This document shows positions 27,820-39,109 of a stretch of 64,000 nt of DNA, piece after piece. How positions within the stretch are numbered: the stretch's first letter is position 1; each line of letters starts with the position of its first letter. A model generated the notes under the pieces. The model did no database searches and had not been told where the DNA came from. It was given only the letters and a program-made list of their open reading frames with translations. This DNA comes from Fistulifera solaris (lineage: Eukaryota), in contig AP026131.1 in the NCBI GenBank assembly GCA_030295235.1, positions 1,364,001 to 1,428,000 on the forward strand, given 5' to 3'. The position numbers and the translations under genes were made by a program.

Positions 27820-28146
27820 TGTTGAACTCTTTCACTACCTGTAGAATATTCTAACGAATCCTATAAGGATCCCTGCAGGTAATAGATAGGTTGACAATGT
27901 TTTCACTAAATACGATTGATCCTAAGAGTCTTTCACAAAAGTAAGCCTGTTGCTCATCATCGTTCATTTCCTTCTCTTGTTGGCTTTTCTCTTCAACAAA
28001 TAAATTCCTACTCTCTACTTGATACTAATCTTCCACGTCATCTCTCAATGTCGCATCATCATCAGGTTGTTGCACCTCTCATGACTTTGCTAACAATTCC
28101 GTCTTGTGAACTATCGGTGTTCAGTTCCTTGACTTCACCTCCAACA
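27820..28146 (-). repeat. 5' LTR of the copia element
   Basis: Direct repeat of 22488-22814. Confidence 0.97.
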
Positions 28147-29365
28147 GATGAGTTGCACAAGCAGATTGCGACGAACGGATGACGAGACAAGCGGATCTGG
28201 ACCTTCTACTTGGTCCCCGACAAATTGAGGTTGGGTTGCATGATTGAAGCCACCTTCGTGCTCAACAAGCCGATCTTCGTAATCAATTTCCACATTATCG
28301 TTGTCAATGATAAAATTGTGTAGCATGCAACTCACCATAAAGATTCGTTGGATCTTTTGTGACCATATGCCATCTTACTTCGAAAGATACGAAATTTCGT
28401 TGTTAGGCGACCAAAAGTCATCTCGATTCGAATCCTCAGCTGAGAAAGAAAGAAATTGAAATTTTTCTGAGCGTCCGTCAAACCATTGCCGCTAAAAGGG
28501 ATAAGAGAATAGTTTGTGAGTGGGTATGCGGAGTCGGCCACTATATAGAAGTCCTTATCAAGCTCATCTCTTGCGAGTCCACGGAGCCAATCAGTGAGGG
28601 CCGGAGACATATCCAAAGCAACACTGTCGCTTGTCTTTCCTGGGGCAGCCACATTTGCATAGGTAAATCGCAATTTTGGATCGCACATGCACTGAGTGTT
28701 GATTCCATAGCAACCGTAATGCTCCGACCAATAATCTCGGCACACTTTCAACTTCGGTTTGTCAACTGCGATCATATACCCATCTAAGCATCCAACCACC
28801 CCGTAAAACACTCCTTTTGCATCGCTGAGTTCATTGAAGCCCACTGCGGCGGCAGTGAGCTCGTCTTTTGTTTTCGGGAGCTGCAACCACATCTCCGGTG
28901 TATCAAGACATGCATTGAAGAACACATCGAGGGCTCGATCAATGGAGGCTCGTCGCGGACCGAACGTATCTTCCAAACTCTTCTCCTTCTCTCCTCCAAG
29001 GAACCGAAGGCTCATTGCAACCACCATTTCCGGCGAAATGTAAAGCAATGGGTCGCCGGTCGAGTTGAGAGATTTCGTTTTATGAAGACGATTTTCTCTC
29101 CAAGAAGATGCACCAGATATTGAAATGACGAGTACGTCATGTGATATCGATTTTGGAAGCCAGAATCACGACATTCGTAAAGGTGTTGACAAAATATCTT
29201 TCGGGCAATGTGCCGCTTTAGATCTCGCCTCTTTGGTTGTCGTAAACGTCGCCGACGACGGATTCTCCGCACCGTCAAAGTACTGAGTTGAAACTGCAAT
29301 TGAATAAGTTGCAGCAATACCAAGTCGTCCGTTGTTTCAAATGAGAATGCGATATGAAGAAACAA
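28147..29365 (-). pseudogene. Harbinger-type DDE transposase (DDE_Tnp_4/HARBI1-like), interrupted by copia and frameshifted
   Basis: FQNRYHMTYSSF, LRFLGG, VGCLDG, INTQCMCD, PGKTSD, IVADSAYP, FNFFLSQLRIRIEMTFGRL, CMLHNF. Confidence 0.92.
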
Positions 29366-30145
29366 ATGAATGATCTGTTATGGGCGACAAAAGATTGATG
29401 AAATGATTTGAATAACAAATGCCTTCGAATGCAAAAAAATGATGCCAATTCTCAAGGCATTTGTAAGGGAAAAAAGAAGATTTTTACTTAACAAATTTTA
29501 GTGTCGTAGAGATATTCCACTAAAGGCCATGGACGTCCAAATTTTTTGATAACATGCTGTCCGTCCATTCGTCCTTGCTCCATGGCCGTGGACCTGTCCA
29601 TGGACAGAAAAAATTTCGATAATTTTGGCCCTAAGACGTAAGACGTGAAGACCACTTGGCTTTTCGACGACGACTCCTCCCTCGTAAAAAGTGCCGACAA
29701 GCCGGCCATGTACGCTTTTGATTATTGATTTGGCATTGAAAGTACCGGTACAGGTACCTAAATTAGCTTAATGTGAAAAGGGGCCGACTGAAACGTTTGT
29801 TCCGTGAATGCAGCTTCCGTTTCCTTGTTCTTTGCTTCTATGGTTAACAGAAAACTGAAACAGGTACGGTGCCTGGTAACTGGTAATGTGTACTGTGTAC
29901 TTCAAGCGGTTTATGCTCGATCTACAGAAAACAGTATTCACCACACTGTAGTTCTGCGGTACAGGTACTGCTGCAAACCTCAACACATGATCTACCACGA
30001 TTTAGTCTTGTGTGCAAAGTGTCCCGTTTGTTCGTTCTTCCAACGTAGCACCTCATTGTTGTTCGCTTTTGTCCGTTTCATTTTTGTTTCCGAGCAAACC
30101 TTGCATATCGCCAAAGTTTGATTCTTTATTAGTTATTTCATCAAC

Positions 30146-31027
30146 ATGGATAATAATGCAGGAAGTCTTTCCACTCTCCTTGCGAGCGCAGCGGCATATT
30201 CTTGCAATGCCACGAAGCGTTCTCCTGTTTGTCCCGAGGAAGTGCGAATCTTCAATAACAAAGTTGATCTTCGGCTAGCTTCGAGGGAGTATATGGAGGA
30301 ACCATCTGGTTTGCCACCCAACTGCTGGGACGTATCGGAAGTGACAGACTTCAGCGACTTACTTCGAGAAATGCCAACTTTCAATGAACCCATTGGTAAC
30401 TGGGATACTTCAGCCGTCACTAACATGGCCAATCTGTTAGTGCGTTCTCCATCATTCAACCAGAATATCGGCAATTGGGATACATCCACTGTCACCAGTA
30501 TGTATGGAATGTTTGCGGATGCTTCCTCATTCAACCAAAACATCGGTAACTGGGACACCGCTAAGGTCACCAACATGGGATTTATGTTCTTCGGTGCAAA
30601 AGCATTTAATCAAAACATTGGCAAATGGAAAACGAAAGCTGTCACCAGCATGGAAGTTATGTTCAATGGGGCTGAAACATTCAACCATGACATTGGCGAC
30701 TGGGATACAGCCGCAGTTGTCAACATGTACGGAATGTTCACTGGTGCTTCGGCATTTAATCAGAACATTGGTGAGTGGAACACATCAGCCGTCCTTTCCA
30801 TGTATCAAATGTTTTATGATGCTGTGGCATTCAACCAAGACATTGGTGGGTGGGACACAACATCCGTCCTTGACATGTATGAAATGTTTGGCAATGCTGA
30901 AAAATTTAGTCAAAACTTGTGCGCTTGGAGGGGATCGCCCGCAGATAAAAGGGAAATGTTTGTTGGTAGTGCTTGTGATTTTCCTGGCACACCGACCAAC
31001 ACGGAATTTTGCACACCATGCACATAG
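30146..31027 (+). CDS. DUF285 (BspA-like) 25-aa repeat protein
   Basis: About 8 repeats of [20 protein letters not shown]; C-terminal NLCAW...MFVGSAC cap; start uncertain. Confidence 0.9.
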   Translation: MDNNAGSLSTLLASAAAYSCNATKRSPVCPEEVRIFNNKVDLRLASREYMEEPSGLPPNCWDVSEVTDFSDLLREMPTFNEPIGNWDTSAVTNMANLLVRSPSFNQNIGNWDTSTVTSMYGMFADASSFNQNIGNWDTAKVTNMGFMFFGAKAFNQNIGKWKTKAVTSMEVMFNGAETFNHDIGDWDTAAVVNMYGMFTGASAFNQNIGEWNTSAVLSMYQMFYDAVAFNQDIGGWDTTSVLDMYEMFGNAEKFSQNLCAWRGSPADKREMFVGSACDFPGTPTNTEFCTPCT

Positions 31028-31772
31028 CTAGAGAGGGAGAGGGGAGGCTGAGAGAATGAGAATGCTGCAGTTACATTGAACCTAAATATTTCGAATTCTG
31101 TCAGAGGTCAGAGTGTACAAGTACCGGTACCAGTACCGTAGAAATGAGTTGTGTCCTCCTTGTTCCTTGGTGTTTGTTGCTCGATGTGGGCTTAAATGTA
31201 GAGTTCCTCCTGAATTTTCTATGCCGAAGTAATAACATGACAAAAGTCTGTATTTGTTATTTTGTACTCCGTATTTGTTATTTGTAATTGGTAATATAGT
31301 CTGTAGTCTGTAGGCTCGAGTATCGAGTATCGATGAGTCACGAGTCACGAACCGCTGGATGTTCCATGTTCAGTATGGCCTCGTCGTAAGTTGTCAGGAT
31401 TTTTTTCTTTCTGACGACTAGAAGCACTCTTCACTGTGCACAGGTCAAGGCATGGTGATGGTGGATGGTGGATGGTGAGTGGTGAGCCGGGGGCGTAAAT
31501 ACTTGTACCTCAATCCTACGTACTTGCAGTACTCCGGACTCCGGAGTCCGGATTAGCTCGTTTCTCACTCATGCGGATTGGTACTGGTACGGTACACAGT
31601 ACGGTATCCAGTACCGGTACCTCTTGTCTCGTTACATAGTCACACGTCACACCCGTTTTCCACGACTGACTCCTGCTCGCAAAGATCTTGCATCTTACTT
31701 GGACGCTCGTCCAAAGGTTTATTTTTTTTACTAAGAAAAAACTGAAATACCTATAAGTATTCCAACTCCACC

Positions 31773-33045
31773 ATGAAGTGTAAACCTGACGTTTCAATTG
31801 ACCAGGTAAAAGCAAAGCGGCAAAGCGAAGATGATGAGGATTCATATGTCGCAATGGATTCATCAGTCGTAATGGTAGAAGAAATGCTAAGTAGCGAATA
31901 CGACACAGAAGAAGATGGCAATCTTCCGGCCGAGCATGCACCACATCCGGCTCCGCAACCCGCCGAGCAAGATCCACATCCGGCACCACAATCCGCCAAA
32001 CGGTGGAACGATTATCCGCTGAAAGATATTACGGAACCGCACGAACATGATGTTTTATGTGGGCGTGGCGGTGAGTATAGCGTATGGTGGAATATGGTTT
32101 GTTGGATGTACAATTACTTGTGCTTAATTTTTTTTTGCTCGTCGTTACAGGACATTCGAATAACCACAAAGGTAATAAGAATTTTAGGGAGATGGTCGAA
32201 GGTTTTAAAAAAGAATACATCGGGTTAATAAAAATGGACAAGACGAAATTAGCCGAATACATTGTCGATGCTTGGAGAGACCAAGATCCTCCCGGACGTT
32301 TCTTGAAAAGGACGAGGCTGGAAAGTGGTATGAGGTGGGAGATGATATTGCTAGAGGAAAAACGAGCCAGGCGCTCCGCGAAAAGAAACCAACGAAGGGA
32401 AAGCGGTTTGATGTGGGAGACAAAAAAGCGTTAGAACCGAAACAAGACGAATTCGTAAGTCGGTGTGCAATTGAGTCTACATGAATTATTGTAACAACAA
32501 CAAACTGATTTAGATTCTTTGAACAGGGAGAATTCGAGAAGTCAGACGAAGCACAGTTCACTCCGTTTGGTGAGGAAGCAAACTCGCTAAATGATGAACT
32601 TGGTCTTCATTTTGATCGAGAAGAGAGCTTTGCTTGTGATTTCCCATCTTGCTCAACCTTGCTTTGCAATGATAACTTGGTCTTGACCCCCGGTGACGTG
32701 TCCAGTTGTTACATAGATAGCTCGGAGAACAGTGACGAGAGCCCACGAGGAGTTATACTAACCCATGATTTGCTCGAGAGAGATATGTCCTACAATTTTG
32801 GACATAATAAGGCATTTGAAGAAGATTTAGATTGGGAGGTTTCATGCTTGAAGCGCAAATCAAACACAGGTTTGCAGGTTGATTCTACCAAGCGCAAACC
32901 GCACGAGGTGCCATGGCGTAAGGCGGTTATGTTGAAGCGTGTCGAACCAGCATTAGATGATACACATACAAATAGTATGAGGACTATGGATGAGGAAATA
33001 AGGGTTTTGAGTCTTGAACTTGAGAAGAAGGCAAGTCTACTTTGA
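31773..33045 (+). CDS. DUF6824-domain protein, copy A (intron 32071-32150, second intron from about 32456; frameshift near 32310)
   Basis: PHEHDVLCGRGG|HSNNHKGN, IVDAWRDQDPPGRFL, WYEVGDDIARGKTSQALRE; 3' exon structure uncertain. Confidence 0.8.
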
Positions 33046-33354
33046 TCTCAGAACATCCGACCAGGGTGTGTATTTTTCACTTCTGCCCTGGACGAGTTCA
33101 GATATCTGGCCTTCCAATCAGTTGAGTCCTAAGGTAGGAGTTATGAATAGGTAGAACAAAAAGTTATCCAGTCGATCTTCTTATCTTAGTTCCTATCGTA
33201 TCTGGATGATTCATTCGATCCGTGTTGATGAGTTCGTGGACTACGTACAAGTAGTGCAATTAAAATGTGAGGCAAGCAAAACGGACGAACAAGACTGACC
33301 GTCATGAGTCACGGTTATGTTCGTTGGTGCTTATTACTCCGTATTATATAATGC

Positions 33355-33610
33355 TGAAATGCATTCGATCAAAATATTGGCATCGGAAAAGTAAACCTGT
33401 CACCAGCAGGGAAGTGATGATCACTGGAGAAGTGTTCAACCGTAACATTGGTGACTGGGATGCATCCGCCGTCATCAACATGAACGCGGAATGTTCACGG
33501 ATGCTTCGGTATTTTGAATCAGACCATCGGGTAATGGAACACATCCTGTCAATTCCATGTATCAAAGATTTTATGATGATGTGATATTCAACCAAGATAC
33601 TGGCGGTTGC
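33355..33610 (+). pseudogene. Degenerate fragment of a DUF285 gene
   Basis: DNA similarity to about 30595-30850; translates VFNRNIGDWDASAVINM with indels. Confidence 0.75.
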
Positions 33611-34417
33611 TGTGTGATACTCATGGTTTATATTTCGTGTATCTTTAAAGTTGACTGTAATCGCGTCTCCTTCGGCGTGACTAAACATGGCCGATGAAAC
33701 AAGCAAGCGCGAACGCGATCGAATAATGAAAACAAGAAACGCCCGAGACAATCTTTACTTGTACTCAGAATTCTAGACAAACCTTGTGACGTTTTTGTGG
33801 TTTCTGGGACTAATGACTAATTCCAAACAAGCGATGTACGGTGTACAGTGCCTCATGATCATCCTATGTCGTACTCCGGAGTCCGGAGTACCTCGTTTCT
33901 CACTCATGCACATTAGTACGGTACACGGTACCTGGTACCGGTACCCAGCACAGCACCTCTTGTCTCGTTACATGTTACATAGTCACACGTCACACCCGTT
34001 TTCCACGACTGACTCCTGCTCGCAAAGATCTTTACTCGGACGCTCGTCCCAAAAGGTACAAGTTTCCCTCGTCGTTAGGGCTTTACTTACGATGGTAAAG
34101 ATATCTGAAGAAAGATATGAACGTACCAGGTAAAGATGTAAAAAGGATCGTAAGGTCGTAAAAACGTCTTAGAGAAATTGTGCGTTGAAGGCTAGCAGCA
34201 AGGTGTTGAAGAGGAAACCCCGAAGGGACGAAAACCTCTCGGACGTGGCGAGGAAGCCATGTCGCATCGTGATGAACATGACCGTATTTTCCACGACTGA
34301 CTCCTGCTCGCAAAGATCTTGCATCTTACTTGGACGCTCGTCCAAAGGTTTACAAGTATTTCAACTCTCTCCTCTTGTACAAATCAAACAAACTCGTAAG
34401 GATTGCAAATCTTCACC

Positions 34418-35642
34418 ATGAATTGTAAACCTGACGATGAACAAGATAGAGATTTGTCAATCGCAAAGCGGCAAAGCGAAGATGATGAGGATTCATCAGT
34501 CGCAATGGATTCATCATCAGTCGCGATGGTAGAAGAACTGCTAAGTAGTGAATACGACACAGAAGAAGGTGGCAATCTCCCGGCCGAGCATGCACCACAT
34601 CCGGCACCGCATCCAGCGTCGCATCCGGCAGAGCAAGATTTACATCCGGCTCCGCAACCCGCCAAGCAAGATCCACATCCGGCACCACAACCCGCCAAAC
34701 GGTGGAACGATTATCCGCTGAAAGATATTACGATACCGCACGAACATGATGTTTTATTTGGGCGTGGCGGCGAGTATAGCGTTTGGTGGAATATGGTTTG
34801 TTGGATGTACAATTACTTGTTCTCAATTTTTTTGGCTTTACGTTACAGGACATACGAATAAACACGAGGGTAATAAGCAGTACAGGAAGATGGCTGAAGA
34901 TTATAAAGAAGAATACATCGGGTTAATAAAAATGGACAAGACGAAATTAGCCGAATACATTGTCGATGCTTGGAGAGACCAAGATCCTCCCGGACGTTTC
35001 TTGAAAAAGGACGAGACGGGACGTATCAGGAAAAAGGACAAGACGGTAAAGTGGTATGATGTGGGGGATAAAAAAGCTAGAGAGAAAACGAGTCAGTTAC
35101 TCCGCGAAAAGAAACCAACGAAGGGAAAGCGGTATGATGTGGGAGACAAAAAAACTAGAAAGAAAACAAGCCAGGCGCTCCACGTAAAGGTACCGAAACG
35201 AGACGAATTCGTAAGTCGGTGTGCAATTGTGTTTACGTGAATTATTGTAACAACAAACTGACAGACTGGTCACATTTTCTTATTCATTGTAAAGGGAGAT
35301 CTTGATGAGTTCGATGGTGTATTGCTAACTCCATGTTGTGATGATAGCTCAAACAACAATGACGACAGGCCAATAGGACCCTTGCAAATAACTCGGCAAA
35401 TCATTTCAGATTGGACGCTGGATGCATTCGATTTCATCTCCCCGCGTGTTCAATTCTGTTTTGAATACCACGCTCCATCATTATTTGTATACCACACCTA
35501 CAACGCTCCTAAGCCAGTGTGTCCATCTCCAAACACTCAAGGACTTGATGGCCAAGACGAGGCACATCCAAACACTCCAGGACTTGATGGCCAAGACGAG
35601 GTACATCTGCCGGTTCGTACTGTGTGTTGCGTCATTTTGTAA
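34418..35642 (+). CDS. DUF6824-domain protein, copy B (first intron has a GC donor at 34770)
   Basis: PHEHDVLFGRGG|HTNKHEGN, DPPGRFLKKD, WYDVGDKKAREKTSQLLRE; 39-bp tandem repeat (PNTxGLDGQDE x2) in the 3' part. Confidence 0.75.
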
Positions 35643-35809
35643 GGATTAGAAAATAGTACACATTGAAATAGGATGAAGGCTATACAGAACATCCGACCAA
35701 GGTGTATAAGTCACTTCAGCTCCGGATGAGCTAAGGTGTCTGATCTTCCGATCAGTTGAGCCCTAAGGTACGAGTAATGAATACATAGAACGAAAAGTTA
35801 TCAGAAAAT

Positions 35810-36050
35810 CGGCATCGGAAAAGTAAACCTGTCACCAGCAGGGAAGTGATGATCACTGGAGAAGTGTTCAACCGTAACATTGGTGACTGGGATGCATCCG
35901 CCGTCATCAACATGAACGCGGAATGTTCACGGATGCTTCGGTATTTTGAATCAGACCATCGGGTAATGGAACACATCCTGTCAATTCCATGTATCAAAGA
36001 TTTTATGATGATGTGGTATCTACCAAAATATTGGCGGTTGTTGTATGATA
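35810..36050 (+). pseudogene. Second degenerate DUF285 fragment
   Basis: Near-identical to 33380-33610. Confidence 0.75.
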
Positions 36051-36362
36051 GTCATGGTTTAAATTTCGTGTATCTTTAAAGTTGACTGTAATCGCGTCTC
36101 CTTCGGCGTGACTAAACATGGCCGATGAAACAAGCAAGCGCGAACGATCGAATAATGAAACAAGAAACGCCCGAGACAATGTATACTCAGCATACTCGAC
36201 AAACCATGTGACGTTTTTGTGGTTTCCTGGACTAATTCCAAACAAGCATCTTGTAATGTCGTCTATAAGAAATATATATTATGCAATGCCCTTGTCTGTA
36301 TCAGATACACTCGGGCTATCTACGTTTGTTTGGAAAAAGTGGCTCTCCGTCGGAACCACAAC

Positions 36363-38077
36363 TCACCCATCATCGGATTTACCCAGCAAACCAAAATATT
36401 CTTCAATCAAGGGTTGAATATCCTGAACCAAGGCACGACGAACAGCCATTGTATTGGTAGCAAAGTGCGGAAAAATAAAACAATTGGACACAGACCACAA
36501 GGGATGCTCTGGGGGAAGGGGTTCCGGAGCGGTCGTATCCAAAATCGCGTATCGGAATTGTTTCGCCTGCAAGGCCTGTGTCAAAGCTTCGGTATCGACA
36601 ACTCCACCACGAGACAGATTCAATAGTCCGGCGTGGGAAGGCAACTGGGAAAGAACATCATCATTAATCAGATTGCGTGTTTGCTCTGTCAGAGGACAAA
36701 GAGGTACCAAAATGTCACACTCAGACGCCATCTCCTTAAGATCGCCATAATATTGCAAATGATATTCGGCTTCGGTGGCGGCATTCCTAGATTTTTCTTG
36801 AACATGGTACAGAATCTCGGTGTTCGGAGCCAGACAACGAATTTGGCGTACCAATTCCTTCGCAATTGTTCCCATGCCAATGAGTGCGATTCGCGATTCC
36901 TCCAGAGGCTTGCCCGGGATATTCCACGTCAAATTCCATCCTTGGGACGGAAAGGGAACACCCTGTTGCAATAGTGCATCCCGCAGTCCCAACAGAATGA
37001 ATGCCAGTGCATATTGCGCCACATGCGACGTAATCGAGTGTCGACCGGCTTGTTGCACCGCAATCTTGCGTTTGTGACAAGCCCTTATGTCAATGTGATC
37101 CAACCCTGCACTCATGGTAATCAGCAACGACACGGAGGAGGGCAATGCTTCTATTTTTGAGCGTGGCATAGGCGTCAAAATGTCGACAACGACAACGGAA
37201 GGCTGCGTTGAGTCGTCTTTTTCACAACAATCATTTCGGACGTATTCACTAAAGGAAGTGGAGGTTGACAAAGCAGTTGAAGCACCACAGGCTTTCGAGC
37301 ATAGAACACGCACCACTGAATGAGTCCACGATCAATTTGTTCGATGCGTCTTTGAATCTGTTGACAGTTATGCTCCAACAAATCACAATCGTGCTTGTGA
37401 GTCTCCAAACTCGCCAGCACTTTTTGTAGCATGAGCTGAAAACTAATGCGCATATCTTTCGTGACATTGAGGCAATGTACATCCTTCCAACCAGCCTGTC
37501 GCATAGCTTGCATCGCCTGTTCCGGTCGCAACAAATCCGGAATCGCATTGTCTTGCGCAAACTGCTCGACTTGGTCATCCGTCGTCGTCGGTCCCGCCAT
37601 GACATCGCAAAAGACAAATGCACCACCTTGTCGTACCAAACGAAAGGCTTCTCGAAACGCCTGTATTTTACTTTGTGCATGAATGAATGCATCTTGCGAA
37701 AAGGCCAAATCAAAAGCATGGTCAGGAAAGGGCACTTGTTCAAAATCTCCTTCCACAATTGGAATCTGGTTGTGCAAATTCGATTTTGTGACGTTGTGTT
37801 GCGCTATACGATTTTGTTGGGGACAGACATTCAAACAGACGACTTTGCCCTTTTGGTTCGTCGTCGAAGACGCAATACGGATGGCACTGGCACCGGTTCC
37901 GCTTCCTAAATCAATGTATTGATAGTTTGGCGCAGTGCGACGATGCTCGGGAATCAATGTCATGGCCAAGTCGTAGTACATGTAATCGGTCATTTGATGT
38001 GCTGCTTGTGGATAGGCATCCTTTTCTTGCAAAGATACATGATCCCATTTCCCAAAATGAATGTTGTTTTCGTCATC
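36363..38077 (-). CDS. Class I SAM methyltransferase (sarcosine/dimethylglycine- or MTHB-methyltransferase-like) fused to a D-isomer-specific 2-hydroxyacid dehydrogenase; 5' end apparently missing; frameshift in an A-run near 37220
   Basis: MTase: NIHFGKW, YIDLGSGTG, CLNVCPQQN, FDLAFSQDAFIH, LVRQGGAFVFCD. Dehydrogenase: SAGLDHID, LIGMGTIA, CPLTEQTRNLI, NLSRGGVVD, LDTTAPEPL, FPHFA. Confidence 0.8.
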
Positions 38078-39109
38078 GGTTTGAGAGTGTGGTGAAAATG
38101 TTAAGATTGTTGGACTTGTGGATCACTCCGGTTGCGCAGAAGATCCTGATGGTTTGAATCATGACGAGCTTTTGAGATTAGTCAATTCAGCACTTTGCAT
38201 TTCCTATTTCGACGCGACAAAGCTCGGGTCGTCTCGTAAATTGCACACAACGGAGACCCCTGAAGGTACAAAAGCACGCAACACGATGCACAATCGACTA
38301 CAAGCAGATGCATTCTTGCCATGCGGAGGACTTCCGAATGCGAATGCAATTGATTGCTCCAGTTATAATAATTTTATTTTGGCAGATGGACGTCCATTAG
38401 CACCGCTAACTGTGGAAGGAGCCAACCTATTTATCACAAAAGACGCCAGAAAATCGATCTTTTAAGATGCTGGTGTCGTTATTGTCAAAGATTCATCTGC
38501 CAAACAAGGGCGGTGTGATGACATCGTCGTACGAGATCTATGCTGCTATGCTGTTCTTGGAAGAAGAATTTGTCGCCAACAAAGCTCAAATTGTGCAGGA
38601 AGTGTTGCAGAAATTGCGCATGTTGACGAAATTGGAAACCCGGAGCTTTTGTTTCGTGAGTATGAGGTGCATGGAAGTTCCCTTCCCGAAATTTCTCAAG
38701 TCATTAGTAACTGTATCAATGCGGCCACCGATGCGCTGACGATTGCGTTGGATTCGTTGTCGGAAGCTGATCAGCAAGCTCTTTGCCTCTCTTTCAAAAT
38801 GTATTTACCCCAAACGATTGCCGATTTAGCCTTTGATCGACTTCACGAGAGAGTCCCGAAGCAATACATCTAGAATGCGATTAGCTCTGCTTTAGCCGCG
38901 AAAATGGTATACAAGAAAGGGACGACTTATGTAATGTCACTCCCCAAAGAAAAGTTGGACATTTTTGTTTCCAATACTTAGAAAAAGAGAAGGAAGTTGT
39001 CGTTTTGCTGCAATCATTGGAGAATGTGGAAATGTCAGAGGATAAGAAACGAGCCGTCATTCAGCTGTTGGAAAAATGTGGTACCCGGACGGCTTTGGGG
39101 GTCTTCTAG
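38078..39109 (+). pseudogene. Partial duplicate of the 3' third of the glutamate dehydrogenase gene
   Basis: Collinear with 48560-49582; nonsense changes (TAA 38463 vs CAA, TAG 38871 vs AAG) and indels; no 5' part. Confidence 0.92.

Larger units (their letters stand above)
22488..28146 (-). mobile_element. Full-length Ty1/copia (CoDi-like) LTR retrotransposon
   Basis: Two 327-bp LTRs (TGTTG...CAACA); 5-bp TSD GATGA at 22483-22487 and 28147-28151; domain order gag-PR-INT-RT-RH. Confidence 0.97.
20650..29631. mobile_element. PIF/Harbinger DNA transposon with two convergent ORFs, interrupted by a copia insertion
   Basis: TAA TSD at 20647-20649 and 29632-29634; imperfect TIRs GGGTCTATCTTATCG / GGGCCAAAATTATCG (reverse complement); GTCCATGGAC palindromes at both ends; DDE_Tnp_4-type transposase inside. 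Confidence 0.88.
31529..33831 (+). repeat. Tandem segmental duplication, unit A (upstream region + DUF6824 gene + DUF285 relic)
   Basis: Collinear similarity to 33871-36246 from GTACTCCGGA..CTCGTTTCTCACTCATGC to CTAATTCCAAACAAGC; the 3' coding parts differ. Confidence 0.85.
33871..36246 (+). repeat. Tandem segmental duplication, unit B
   Basis: Matches unit A; also carries a local repeat of TTTTCCACGACTGACTCCTGCTCGCAAAGATCTT at about 33999 and 34287. Confidence 0.85.

Noticed and set aside
33049..33322. Possible MITE or solo LTR bounded by GAACAT...ATGTTC
   Set aside because: Only a 6-bp inverted match, no TSD, and the second copy is explained by the segmental duplication
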